From an uncultured Verrucomicrobiae bacterium (GTDB lineage Bacteria > Verrucomicrobiota > Verrucomicrobiia > Chthoniobacterales > JAFAMB01), in the NCBI GenBank assembly GCA_963813025.1, contig CAWEXO010000012.1, positions 1 through 64,000 of the forward strand: a stretch of DNA of 64,000 nt, read 5' to 3'. Below, piece by piece: positions 10,170-20,088 of the stretch (position 1 is the stretch's first letter; every line of letters starts with the position of its first letter). The position numbers and the translations under genes are program-made. A model generated the notes under the pieces. It saw only the letters and a program-made list of their open reading frames with translations. It was not told the origin of the DNA and ran no database searches.

Positions 10170-11909
10170 ATGTGTCCCAAAGTTGAGTTCTCCAGGCTGC
10201 GAAGCCTGAAGTATACTGTTGTGGCAGGCTTTACGCTTCTCGCAACTGGCGCGCTTTATGCCCAAAGCACGGACCAGGGCGACGTTGCGGCTCTTAAGGC
10301 GCAAATGGAGCGCATGCAGAAGCAGTATGAGCAACGCATTTCGGCGATGGAAGGCCAGATGAAAGCTTTGGAGTCCAAAGCTGATTCGGGTTCCATCCTG
10401 AACACGCGAATTCTGACGGATGCCGACGGTAAAGAGATGCAAGGCGGGGCTCCCCCAGGACTGGATGAGTCGTTCCTGAAGTCCTTGACCCGTAACTTTA
10501 CTTTCTCGGCATATGTCCGTGCCGGCGTTCAATTCAACGGCAACGGTGGCGGAGGCAACTTCAGCTTTTCACCGCCGGATCCCGATGGCGGCCGGCCTCG
10601 TCTCGGAAATGAAAACGACACCTATTTCGAGTTGACCTGGGCGCAGGCTCACCTCCTCGGCGATAGTCCGGACGTGATGGATGCTTCCATGACGTTCACC
10701 CCGGCGTTTCGTTACGTCCAGAGTCGCAACACCTTCACCAGTAGCCACGGTGGAATTGAGAATAGCGGAAACGACTTTGACATTGTCTGGCGGCAGGCAT
10801 TCCTCGAAATGAAGAACGTCTTCAAGACAGCACCCGAGATCACGTTCTGGGGCGGTCAGCGGTTCTATGATCGTTTCAACATCGATCCAAACGACTTTTT
10901 CTATCTGGATACGTCTGGATATGGCGCCGGTGTGTACAACATCGACGTTGGAATCGGGAAGCTCGCGTTCGCTTACCTTGGTGGACTGAACGACAACTTC
11001 ATCTCGCAGCAAATCGGTTCGTTTTATAAGCACACCTTCGACCTTCGTCTCAAGAATATCGACATTGGGTTCGGTAAACTGATGTTGGTGCTGATCGGTA
11101 ACTACGAGAAGGGGGCCACCTTTGAAAAAGGTTATGACACCAACGGCAATATCATCACCTTGACAAATCCGTTGAAGACGTCCGACGCCTGGGGTATCGG
11201 CGGCGGCTTTGTCTGGCAGTATGACTTCGGCAACAAGAGCTTCTTACAACTCTATGCTTTGGGCGGCCGCGGCGCGACAAATTTCAGCGCGGGCGACGAT
11301 TTCGGTACCATCAGCGGGAAAGAAAGTGCGTTCCTCGCAAACAACCCAAACACGCCCGCGGGTGAAGTCATCAGTGCCGGGCGTGCGATTGATAAAATGC
11401 TGACCGTGAGAGCCGGCGGCCAATTCATCTGGAATCCGAACCCCTGCTTCTCTCTGGGTGTCTGGGCGTTCTGGAACCTGGATAACTCTGGTTTCGGCGA
11501 GGCAGCTATTATCAACAATGTGTTGCACCATACAACCGGGAGACGCAACATGGTTGAGGGCGGTATTCGGCCGATCGTCTGGCTGACCGACAATATTGCA
11601 ATCCAGGGCCAAGCCTGGGGAAGCTACCAGGATAATACCCGGGTCGTGGGAGCGGAAGTTGATAACCACAACGCCTTCGGCCGCAGCGGCGAAATGGGTG
11701 TGTTCACGATTGCCCCGACGATCAAACCGAAGGGGGGATACTTCACCAGGCCGGAGTTACGCGTCTTCGCGACTTGGGCGATCTGGTCTCACTCCTTGAG
11801 GGGTGCAACCTCGCCCTACCAGGAGAGCGGCAGCACATTCGCTCCTCCTTACAATGGCAACACGAACCAGGGTTGGTTGTTTGGGACCCAGGTTGAGTGG
11901 TTCTTCTAA
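10170..11909 (+). CDS. lamB: LamB-family carbohydrate porin (maltoporin) with N-terminal coiled coil
   Basis: Signal peptide, coiled coil, RLGNENDTYFEL, WGGQRFYDR, FTIAPTIKP, RPELRVFATW, C-terminal FGTQVEWFF; lies upstream of the mal genes. Confidence 0.9.
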   Translation: MCPKVEFSRLRSLKYTVVAGFTLLATGALYAQSTDQGDVAALKAQMERMQKQYEQRISAMEGQMKALESKADSGSILNTRILTDADGKEMQGGAPPGLDESFLKSLTRNFTFSAYVRAGVQFNGNGGGGNFSFSPPDPDGGRPRLGNENDTYFELTWAQAHLLGDSPDVMDASMTFTPAFRYVQSRNTFTSSHGGIENSGNDFDIVWRQAFLEMKNVFKTAPEITFWGGQRFYDRFNIDPNDFFYLDTSGYGAGVYNIDVGIGKLAFAYLGGLNDNFISQQIGSFYKHTFDLRLKNIDIGFGKLMLVLIGNYEKGATFEKGYDTNGNIITLTNPLKTSDAWGIGGGFVWQYDFGNKSFLQLYALGGRGATNFSAGDDFGTISGKESAFLANNPNTPAGEVISAGRAIDKMLTVRAGGQFIWNPNPCFSLGVWAFWNLDNSGFGEAAIINNVLHHTTGRRNMVEGGIRPIVWLTDNIAIQGQAWGSYQDNTRVVGAEVDNHNAFGRSGEMGVFTIAPTIKPKGGYFTRPELRVFATWAIWSHSLRGATSPYQESGSTFAPPYNGNTNQGWLFGTQVEWFF

Positions 11910-11942
11910 AAGAACAGCTACGTCAGATTTAACCTTAACCAG

Positions 11943-11978
11943 AGCACCCCGCCACCGTTTGGCGGGGTGCTTCTTTTT
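11943..11978 (+). terminator. Rho-independent terminator after lamB
   Basis: AGCACCCCGCCA-ccgtt-TGGCGGGGTGCT followed by TCTTTTT. Confidence 0.85.
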
Positions 11979-12158
11979 ATGAAAGAACCATTCCGCGCAA
12001 CCGTGGCGCTCTTTACTATTGGTGCCGCATTGTTTCTCGCCGCTTGTGCCGACCAAAACAGAACTGGCGAGCGAGTTTCTGTCGGCATAGCGCCTCAACA
12101 ACGCATAGCGCAACCGACAAGTGATCAGCAAAGCCTGGGGACAGTGGGCGGCGATTAG
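11979..12158 (+). CDS. Small putative lipoprotein (59 aa)
   Basis: MKEPFRATVALFTIGAALFLAAC: basic N-terminus, hydrophobic core and LAAC lipobox. Confidence 0.5.
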   Translation: MKEPFRATVALFTIGAALFLAACADQNRTGERVSVGIAPQQRIAQPTSDQQSLGTVGGD

Positions 12159-12197
12159 CCCTTGGCTCCCCGATTCCTGACTCCCGGCTCCTGACCG

Positions 12198-12404
12198 TCA
12201 GGGCATTACCGGACCTCCAGTTTCGCCGCTTACCGTACCAGTTTTCATCGACTCCGGAATCTGAGGCTTATCAGACTGTCCTGCCGAATCCGGCGGAGGT
12301 GCATTGACATCTCCGACATTCGCCCCTCCAAACGAGCAAGCACTCGACAGGCAAACCATCGCCGACAGAAAAGCACCGCCGAACATATTAATCCAAAGCT
12401 TCAT
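12198..12404 (-). CDS. Small putative lipoprotein (68 aa)
   Basis: AAGGA RBS upstream; MKLWINMFGGAFLSAMVCLSSAC lipoprotein-like signal followed by a Pro/Gly/Ser-rich tail. Confidence 0.55.
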   Translation of the reverse strand: MKLWINMFGGAFLSAMVCLSSACSFGGANVGDVNAPPPDSAGQSDKPQIPESMKTGTVSGETGGPVMP

Positions 12405-12471
12405 GTAGTGTCCTTTAGCCGGACCTCTTCGGAGACAAAAGGCTTTTTTTGAGGGCCTGAGCGGCTGGCTG

Positions 12472-12618
12472 CGTAGCGCGGACGGCCTCGTCCGTACTCT
12501 AAGCGACGACAAGCCGCCCGCTCCAAAGACACTCTGCCAAATTGATGCTCCCCCGATCGAGAGATTGCACAGCTATTCGGACATCCGCGAGAGTACGGAC
12601 GAGGCCGTCCGCGCTACG
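12472..12618. repeat. REPIN-like element: two inverted GTAG-REP palindromes
   Basis: Perfect 29-bp inverted repeat CGTAGCGCGGACGGCCTCGTCCGTACTCT (12472-12500 / 12590-12618); each arm has an internal CGGACG..CGTCCG hairpin. Confidence 0.85.
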
Positions 12619-12715
12619 GCCGTAAGCACTCGCCCACTCAGCCGCTCATGCCGCTTGAATCGGTTCGTTTTCGATGGTTTGCTTCTTCGATCCTCAAATT
12701 TCTTCACCTCCCCCC

Positions 12716-13897
12716 ATGAAAAAACATCTCCTGCTTGTGTTGTGCCTTTTCGGGTCGTGCTTGCCAGGATTTGGGTGGACTGATGGCGAACTCCTGATCT
12801 GGATTAACGGCGACAAGGGCTACAACGGCTTAGCGGATGTGGGAAAAAAATTTGAGAAAGATTTCGGGGTTCACGTCACAGTCGAGCATCCGGAGAGCGC
12901 TACTGACAAATTTCAAGCCGCGGCCCAGTCCGGCAAAGGTCCGGACATCATGTGCTGGGCGCACGATCGTCTGGGTGAATGGGCCGATGCCGGTCTGCTG
13001 AAACCGCTTAACGTTACGGATGACTTCAAGAGCCAATTCATCCCGATCGCCTGGGATGCTGTCACGCATAAGCAACAGATCTGGGGTTACCCTCTCGCGT
13101 TGGAAGCTGTCTCGCTGATCTACAATAAGAAGTACGTGACCGGACCTCCGCCAGACCAACTCTCCGCGGTGCCTGCTTTCGCCAAAGAGTTGAAAGCCAA
13201 ATTTCCCCAGGCGATTCCAATCCTTTGGGATTACGCCACCCCGTACTTCAGCTGGCCTTTTCTGGCTAGCGCGGGCGGTTATCCATTCAAACGAGATGCC
13301 ACGGGTTACAACGTAAACGACATCGGAGTGGCAAACGAGGGAGCGATCAAAGGCCTTACCGCGATCGTTGATCTGATTAACCAGGGTATTATGCCGAAGG
13401 GCGCAAGCTACAGTGTCATGGAACAGAAAATGAACAGCGGCGAGCTGGCTCTGATGATCAGTGGCCCGTGGGCGTGGGCTAATCTGCGGAAGAGTGGGAT
13501 TGACTTCGGTCTCGCTCCGGTCCCGGGGGTCGCGGGAAACCCGGGCAGACCCTTCGTCGGGGTTCTGACCGCCATGATCAATCGGTCCTCCCCGAACAGT
13601 GACTTGGCAATCCAATTCATCGAAAAATATCTCTGCACACCTCAGGGATTAAGTACTGTCGACGCCGACGTGCCGCTCGGCGTTCCTGCTTTGAAGACGG
13701 CTTACGACGAGATCGCAGCCCGGGATCCGCTGGTAAAGAGTGTTTATGAAAGCGTGCAGAACGGGGTCGTCATGCCCAACATTCCACAGATGGGTCGATT
13801 CTGGAGCGCGATGGCCTCCGCTTTTCAAATCGCCAGCAACGGTCAGGCGAGCCCGGCTGCTGCCTTGGCCGAAGCTCGTAAGAACATGGAAAAGTGA
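12716..13897 (+). CDS. malE: Maltose/maltodextrin ABC transporter substrate-binding protein
   Basis: [61 protein letters not shown] closely follow E. coli-type MalE. Confidence 0.95.
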   Translation: MKKHLLLVLCLFGSCLPGFGWTDGELLIWINGDKGYNGLADVGKKFEKDFGVHVTVEHPESATDKFQAAAQSGKGPDIMCWAHDRLGEWADAGLLKPLNVTDDFKSQFIPIAWDAVTHKQQIWGYPLALEAVSLIYNKKYVTGPPPDQLSAVPAFAKELKAKFPQAIPILWDYATPYFSWPFLASAGGYPFKRDATGYNVNDIGVANEGAIKGLTAIVDLINQGIMPKGASYSVMEQKMNSGELALMISGPWAWANLRKSGIDFGLAPVPGVAGNPGRPFVGVLTAMINRSSPNSDLAIQFIEKYLCTPQGLSTVDADVPLGVPALKTAYDEIAARDPLVKSVYESVQNGVVMPNIPQMGRFWSAMASAFQIASNGQASPAAALAEARKNMEK

Positions 13898-15444
13898 GCA
13901 CCAACTGGCCGTCTTTGTCCATTCGGTACATCATCGTGGCGTTGGTTGCCTTGCCCGCGCTGTATGTCAATTTCGCGATTTACTGGGCAGGAAACACCTG
14001 GCTCGCTTTGGCCGTTCTTCTGGTCATTTGCTTAGGCATTTACACCTATCTTACGCAACGAGCTTATTTTCTGCGCTATCTCTTTCCCGGGTTGGTCGGG
14101 TTCGGACTGTTTGTCATCTTTCCGCTCGTTTACACAGTACTGATCAGCTTCACCAAGTACAATTCGCAGCACCTGCTGACTTATCAGCGCGCCCTCGATC
14201 TGCTGCTGCAGGAAAGCTTTGTTCCGGCCAATGTATCCTTTTCCTATCGATTGCACCGGCAGCCTGATGGGCGTTACCTCTTGTACCTGGAAAATACGAC
14301 AGATCCGGCGCAACGTTTCGTCTCGGATCCGTTTCCTCTGGTTGCCGGAGTACAGACCAATCCTCCGGCACAGCCCTACCAGCTCAGGCCGCTTGTTGCC
14401 GGTGAAACTGTCAGCGGCCAGTCTTTAGAGATCCCGCAAATCACCCGCGAAAAGCTGATCCCGCCGTTGCGCGCTCTGCAGTTCAAATTGCCGACCGGCG
14501 AGCTTCTGGAAAAACAGGGTCTGGTTCGATTTGCGCCCCGGGAGCGTCTCTGGTCGCTGAATCCGGACGGAACGTTAACGAACCGGAAAGATGGAAGCAA
14601 ACTTCGCCCTGACTTTAGGCTGGGCCGGTTCGTTGATGAGAAAGGCCAACCAGTTGATGTCGGTTTTCGCACAAAGGCCGGATTCGCAAATTACGTGCAG
14701 ATATTCACCGATCCGCGCATCCAAGGACCGTTTTTCCGGATTTTTGTCTGGACCGTGGCCTTTTCGGCGCTCTCGGTCTTTTTTTCCTTCGCCGTCGGAA
14801 TCATTCTTGCGGTGATTCTTGATTGGAAGGAACTCCGGCATCGGAGGATCTATCGCACTCTGTTGATTTTGCCATATGCCGTTCCGGCGATCCTTTCGAT
14901 CCTGATCTTTAAAGGCCTGTTCAGCCAGCAGTTTGGCGCGGTCAACGAACTCTTAAGAGGGATTTTCGGCTTTGCTCCGTCTTGGGAAACTGATCCCTGG
15001 GCTGCCCGCACCATGATCCTGATCGTGAATGTGTGGCTAGGTTACCCTTACATGATGTTGCTGAGCACGGGAATGCTGCAAGCGATTCCGGGCACTCTCT
15101 ACGAAGCTAGTACGATGGACGGCAGCAATCCGCTGACTGACTTCCTCCATATCACGCTCCCCCTCGTCTTCCCTCCTTTGCTGCCGATCTTGATCTCCAG
15201 CTTTGCGTTTAACTTCAATAACTTCAATCTGATTTACCTTTTGACGGCGGGCGGTCCAAAAATGGTGGGCGGCGGTATCGCTGGAGAGACCGATATCCTG
15301 GTGACTTACACCTTTAATCTCGCTTTTCGAGACTCGGGCACTAACTATGGACTGGCTAGCGCCGTCGCGACCGTTCTTTTTTTTATTGTTGGAACCATCG
15401 CATGGATCAACCTGAAGATCAGCGGCCGCCGAGTCATCGCTTAG
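13894..15444 (+). CDS. malF: Maltose ABC transporter permease MalF
   Basis: Large periplasmic P2 loop, [49 protein letters not shown]. Confidence 0.93.
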   Translation: MSTNWPSLSIRYIIVALVALPALYVNFAIYWAGNTWLALAVLLVICLGIYTYLTQRAYFLRYLFPGLVGFGLFVIFPLVYTVLISFTKYNSQHLLTYQRALDLLLQESFVPANVSFSYRLHRQPDGRYLLYLENTTDPAQRFVSDPFPLVAGVQTNPPAQPYQLRPLVAGETVSGQSLEIPQITREKLIPPLRALQFKLPTGELLEKQGLVRFAPRERLWSLNPDGTLTNRKDGSKLRPDFRLGRFVDEKGQPVDVGFRTKAGFANYVQIFTDPRIQGPFFRIFVWTVAFSALSVFFSFAVGIILAVILDWKELRHRRIYRTLLILPYAVPAILSILIFKGLFSQQFGAVNELLRGIFGFAPSWETDPWAARTMILIVNVWLGYPYMMLLSTGMLQAIPGTLYEASTMDGSNPLTDFLHITLPLVFPPLLPILISSFAFNFNNFNLIYLLTAGGPKMVGGGIAGETDILVTYTFNLAFRDSGTNYGLASAVATVLFFIVGTIAWINLKISGRRVIA

Positions 15445-15473
15445 AATGTTATGCGTGAAATGAGGGAAAGATC

Positions 15474-15519
15474 CAAGTCCTCGCCTGGCGCTCGTCCGCC
15501 ACGGCGGATCGCCCTGCCG
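15474..15519 (+). repeat. ~45-bp dispersed palindromic repeat, copy 1
   Basis: caagtcctcgcctggcgctcgtccgccacggcggatcgccctgccg; a near-identical inverted copy lies at 46317-46361. Confidence 0.75.
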
Positions 15520-15560
15520 ACCAACGACAAGCGGGATATTGCCACACCCCTAAATCTCTT

Positions 15561-16592
15561 ATGACAGACGGAGAACCGAGCCCAGAGCAAACGAGCACAG
15601 TTTCGCGGCTCCCTTCTGCGCCAGCAGCGATCAGGCCAGCGATATTGTCTGCCCCTGACCCGGCTCTCGCACGCTCGGCGTCGCGCCGCAAAAGAAACCT
15701 ATTCCTGCAGAAAGCTTTGGCCCATGGTTTCCTGATCTTCTTTATCGTGCTCGTGCTGATTCCCTTCGAGATGGTGGTTGTCGCTTCCTTTCGCACCGGC
15801 GATTTTGCGCCCAGCCGGATTTTTCTCACGCGCTCGGAGTTTAGTCTCGAGCATTGGGACTATGTTCTGGGCATTCCCTATGAGCAGGTGGTGAACCCGG
15901 CTACGGGTGAAAAGCGCATGGTCACGCGCCGCCGTGCCGCCGCTGCTTTGGTTCTGGAATTCGATCAAGGTGTCGTCTTTGCGCGGCAGTCGGCATCATC
16001 TGCCTCTCCGGAACCGCGGCGTACGCCTTCTCGCGACTGCGTTTCAAATTCCGTCGACTCACTTTGAGTGCCCTCCTGATCCTGCAGATGTTCCCGATGG
16101 TTCTCACTCTGGTCGCGTTTTACGTCATTCTCGATTTCACTGGCCAGCTATGTGCAATGGCTCGGGCTGAACACCCAGGCCGGACTGATCATGATCTATC
16201 TGGGCGGAATCTCGACTTTCATCTGGATGATCAAGGGCTATTTCGATACGATTCCCAGCAGCATGGAAGAATCGGCCCGAATCGACGGCGCCTCGCATTT
16301 CCAGACTTTCATCACGCATCCTTCTGCCTATAAGCCTTCCGATTTTTGCGGTCGTATTTATTCTCTCCTTCATCGGCTATATGTCCGAGTACCCGGTGGC
16401 TTCGGTCGTCCTGCAAACCGGCGAAAAGTGGACCTGGCGGTCGGTGCCAATTCGTTTCTTTACGAACAGGAAAAACTGTGGGGCCGTTTTGCTGCACTTG
16501 CGGTCTTGAGTGGCGTGCCAATTACAGTAATGTTCTTCTTGTGCCAGCGGTTCGTCATCGGCGGACTGACCTCTGGTGGCATCAAAGAATAA
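15561..16592 (+). CDS. malG: Maltose ABC transporter permease MalG, broken by about 5 indels (sequencing error or pseudogene)
   Basis: Pieces across frames: [73 protein letters not shown]. Confidence 0.85.
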
Positions 16593-16615
16593 TAAACCCC
16601 CAGGAGACAAATGCC

Positions 16616-17733
16616 ATGAGCGACGGTTCCGTTAATATCAAAGACCTCGTGAAGACTTACACGGATGATCGTGGTCGCCCGACGTTTACCGCGGTCAAGA
16701 ACATCAACTTGAACATTAGCAATGGCGAATTCATGGTCTTGGTCGGACCTTCCGGTTGCGGGAAGACAACGACACTGCGGATGGTTGCCGGTCTGGAAAA
16801 GATCTCCAGCGGCACGATCTCCATCGGGGGTCGCGTAGTAAATGATCTGGAGCCGAAAGATCGCGGGATTGCGATGGTTTTCCAGAACTATGCGCTTTAC
16901 CCGCACATGACGATCTTTAACAACATGGCCTTCGGCCTGCAGCTGGCGAAAAAGAAGAAGGACTTCATCCAGGAGACGGTCACGCGAACCTCGAAGGCTC
17001 TTGGACTGGACCAGATGCTGGAACGCAAACCGCAAGCGCTTGTCCGGCGGACAACGTCAGCGAGTGGCTCTCGGGCGCGCGATCGTGCGCAATCCCACGG
17101 TCTTCCTTTTCGACGAACCGCTCTCGAACCTCGATGCGAAGATGCGCGTGCAGATGCGTTCGGAGATTTCGCGACTCCATGGGCAACTGGGCTCGACCAT
17201 GATTTACGTCACCCACGACCAGGTCGAAGCGATGACCATGGGCGACCGGATTTGCGTCATGCGGGACGGCCTGATCATGCAGGTCGCCGATCCATTGACC
17301 CTCTATCGAAAACCGGAGAACCTCTTTGTCGCCGGCTTTATCGGCAGCCCTCCCATGAATCTTCTCCAAGGAAAAATCGAGCGCCGGAACGAAGGTCTGG
17401 TCTTCGCTGAAACTGGGGAAGGCGGCTTAGTTATTCCGCTCAGTGGACCGGTGGCCAATCTAGCCGGCAAGTATGTCGATAAAAATATCGTCTTTGGCGA
17501 TCCGTCCCGAACACATCACCGAGGAGTCAAAAAATGGGGTTCATTCGCCGGTCACCGCCTCGGTAGACATCGCCGAACCGATGGGATCCGAGTCAATCGT
17601 CTATCTGAAAACGGGCGGCGGAAATCTGATTGCTCGGATTCATGGCGAACATCTTTTCCAGATGGGACAACACCTGACCGTATATGTAAACATGGAGAAA
17701 GTAACGTTGTTTGATGCCGAGACTGAGAGGTGA
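16616..17733 (+). CDS. malK: Sugar ABC transporter ATP-binding protein (MalK/MsmX/UgpC-like), frameshifts near 17035 and 17495
   Basis: [79 protein letters not shown]. Confidence 0.88.
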
Positions 17734-17752
17734 TCCGCTAGAACTAAACCGT

Positions 17753-18031
17753 ATGCGCCAGATTCTTGAAACCGAACAATACGTTCAGGTACCGCCGATG
17801 ATGTTAGCCGATCCATTTTATCGGATCACTTATCTCATCAAGGAAGAGATCCGAAAATATAAATGGATCGAGGGCGAAAAGGGACGCCAGCTCAGCTGGG
17901 AGCAGGCGCGCACCGAGTGGATGGACGCGCATCGGGAAAAATACGAGGAATTTCTCATGGATACACTTTCCTTTCCACCCGAGATGTCGCAGACCGAAGA
18001 GCCTGTGGCGAAGACCGAGAAACCCTCTTGA
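17753..18031 (+). CDS. Small conserved-looking protein (DUF4032-like EEIxKxKWIExEK motif)
   Basis: IKEEIRKYKWIEGEKGRQLSWEQARTEW; starts about 20 nt after malK. Confidence 0.6.
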   Translation: MRQILETEQYVQVPPMMLADPFYRITYLIKEEIRKYKWIEGEKGRQLSWEQARTEWMDAHREKYEEFLMDTLSFPPEMSQTEEPVAKTEKPS

Positions 18032-18073
18032 AGCGGCGCAAGGAGTCTTCTCGATTGGCGTGAGGGCAGCTTC

Positions 18074-18240
18074 TGGTAGGGCGACGATTCGGAGGTTGTC
18101 TCACAACGCGTTTCTTGCCCTGTCCGGTAGGGCGAAAATTCATTCGAGCGACAGGCGAGAACTGGTTTGAGCCGGGCGTTGGGACCGGTCGCGCTCCGCA
18201 CGATCCTAAAGCGGCGATAAAGTCGCGCTCGCTTCACGAC
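18074..18240. repeat. GTAGGGCG-type REP cluster with a MITE-like TIR
   Basis: ggtagggcgacgattc-GGAGGTTGTCTCACAAC ... cggtagggcgaaaattcattcgagc; homologous to 9729-9762, 19850-20044 and 25038-25230. Confidence 0.65.
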
Positions 18241-18307
18241 GCGCAGCGACCGCCACCTTTTCTTCTTGCGAAGCCGCGGCACACTCCCGAAAGGTGGACC
18301 ATTCTGA

Positions 18308-19822
18308 ATGCATAGACCGCTTTTTAACTGGCTGAAAACCCGCGGAGCAGGCGTTCTTCTGCATCCGACCTCCCTGCCAGGACAGACCGGAATCGGCACC
18401 TTGGGAAAGGAAGCGATAAATTTTCTGAATTTCCTCGCTGCGTCAGGTTTCAAGCACTGGCAGGTTTGTCCTCTCGGCCCGACCGGTTTTGGCGACTCGC
18501 CCTATCAGACATTCTCGGCGTTTGCCGGCAATCCCTATTTAATAGATCTCGACATCCTCGTGGAACAGGGGTGGCTAGAGGAAGCGGATTTCCAGGAACT
18601 GAAGGCCCTGCCTTCGGATGCGGTTGATTACGGATCTCAGTGGCTACTCCGTCCCCCGGTTTTGCGTCGCGCCTACGAACGTTTCCTGACGAAGGCGTCC
18701 ACCGCCGAAAAGTCGCTGGTTCGGGAGTTCAAACGAGCCAACAAAGGCTGGTTGGAACCTTACGCACGTTTCATGGCAATTAAGGGACTCTTCGACGGAA
18801 AGTCGTGGCTGCAGTGGCCGGAGGAGCAGAAGCATTACTCCAGCGCAAAGCACGCGCTGCCCAACGCGAAACTCGAATACGAAATCGGCGCCCAGATTTT
18901 CTATCAATATCAGTTCTTCCTCCAATGGAGCCGCATCCGCCACTACGCTAACTCGCTCGGTATTTCCATTATTGGTGATATCCCGATCTTTGTTGCGATG
19001 GACAGCGCTGACGTCTGGAGCCATCCCGAGCTGTTCCTGATGAGTGACGACCTTCGACCATTGGGGGTGGCCGGCGTGCCGCCCGACTACTTTGCGGCAG
19101 ATGGACAACTTTGGGGTAATCCGCTCTACGATTGGAAGAAGCACGAAAAGCGGGGCTTTTCATGGTGGCTGGCCCGATTGAAGGCCAGCTTCGACCTGTG
19201 TGATATTGTCCGAATCGATCACTTCCGAGGGTTTGATGAATATTGCCGAATCCCGCCTGACGCCGTAAATGCGCGAATCTTTGAATGGGAAGCCGGTCCA
19301 GGACTGGCTCTGTTCGTTGCCATTCGCGAAGCTTTCCCCGAGGCCAAGCTGATTGCCGAAGATCTGGGGATTATCACTGATCCCGTCCGGCAGCTCGTGA
19401 AGGACGCCGGACTGCCCGACATGAAGGTCCTGCAGTTCGGGTTTGAAGGAGCTACCGAGTATTTGCCACACAATCTGGAGCCTTATTCCGTCCTTTACCC
19501 CGGTACGCATGACAACGACACCGCCTGGGGCTGGTTCAGCAAACAGCCGGAAACAGTGAAGAGCTTTCTTCGCCGGTACCTCCAGGTCTCCGGTGAGTCT
19601 GTTCCGTGGGATATGATTCGCGCGGGTTACGCTTCGCCGTCGCGGCTTTTTGTCGTGCCGATGCAGGATCTCCTCAATCTTCCAAGCGAAGCGCGCCTGA
19701 ATACGCCGGGTCAAGCGACCGGCAACTGGCGTTGGCGTTTTACGCGGGACGCGCTCGATCAACTCTGGTCCGAGAGCGCCGGATATCTGAAGGAACTGGC
19801 AGCGCTATACGAAAGAGTTTAG
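18308..19822 (+). CDS. malQ: 4-alpha-glucanotransferase (amylomaltase, GH77)
   Basis: GVLLHPTSLP, GDSPYQ, IIGDIPIFV, GVPPDYF, GQLWGNPLY, RIDHFRGF, IAEDLG, GTHDNDT, NWRWR. Confidence 0.96.
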   Translation: MHRPLFNWLKTRGAGVLLHPTSLPGQTGIGTLGKEAINFLNFLAASGFKHWQVCPLGPTGFGDSPYQTFSAFAGNPYLIDLDILVEQGWLEEADFQELKALPSDAVDYGSQWLLRPPVLRRAYERFLTKASTAEKSLVREFKRANKGWLEPYARFMAIKGLFDGKSWLQWPEEQKHYSSAKHALPNAKLEYEIGAQIFYQYQFFLQWSRIRHYANSLGISIIGDIPIFVAMDSADVWSHPELFLMSDDLRPLGVAGVPPDYFAADGQLWGNPLYDWKKHEKRGFSWWLARLKASFDLCDIVRIDHFRGFDEYCRIPPDAVNARIFEWEAGPGLALFVAIREAFPEAKLIAEDLGIITDPVRQLVKDAGLPDMKVLQFGFEGATEYLPHNLEPYSVLYPGTHDNDTAWGWFSKQPETVKSFLRRYLQVSGESVPWDMIRAGYASPSRLFVVPMQDLLNLPSEARLNTPGQATGNWRWRFTRDALDQLWSESAGYLKELAALYERV

Positions 19823-19849
19823 CGAGTCAGGCGGTAATTCGTCGGCCGA

Positions 19850-20057
19850 GGCTCGAATAAAGAGGACGTCTCACAACGTCTCGTCGCTCAGCGCCGAGCT
19901 GCTTTTGGAATGCATCATGGATAGGGATGGACATCTGCCCGGTAGGGATGAGCTCCTGCTCGTCCCAATCGCGAGATGACCTGCGCTCAAATGGTCAAGC
20001 GGGAGCTTGCCCCTCCCGAGCTTGGGTGTTGTGAGACGATCTCTATTTTTCGCCTGC
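19850..20057. mobile_element. MITE-like element (~184 bp) with 17-bp imperfect TIRs enclosing REP-like palindromes
   Basis: AGAGGACGTCTCACAAC (19861-19877) and GTTGTGAGACGATCTCT (20028-20044) match at 15/17. Internal ggtagggatgagctcctgctcgtcc and ggtcaagcgggagcttgcccctcc. Confidence 0.6.
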
Positions 20058-20088
20058 CGACCCAGGACAATGAGGCACTACTCAAAAT

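Noticed and set aside
12830..13615. Long antisense or alternate-frame ORFs (e.g. 12830-13615, 29850-30632, 39975-40682, 3229-3780)
   Set aside because: They are shadow ORFs of well-supported genes in GC-rich sequence and have no recognisable motifs.
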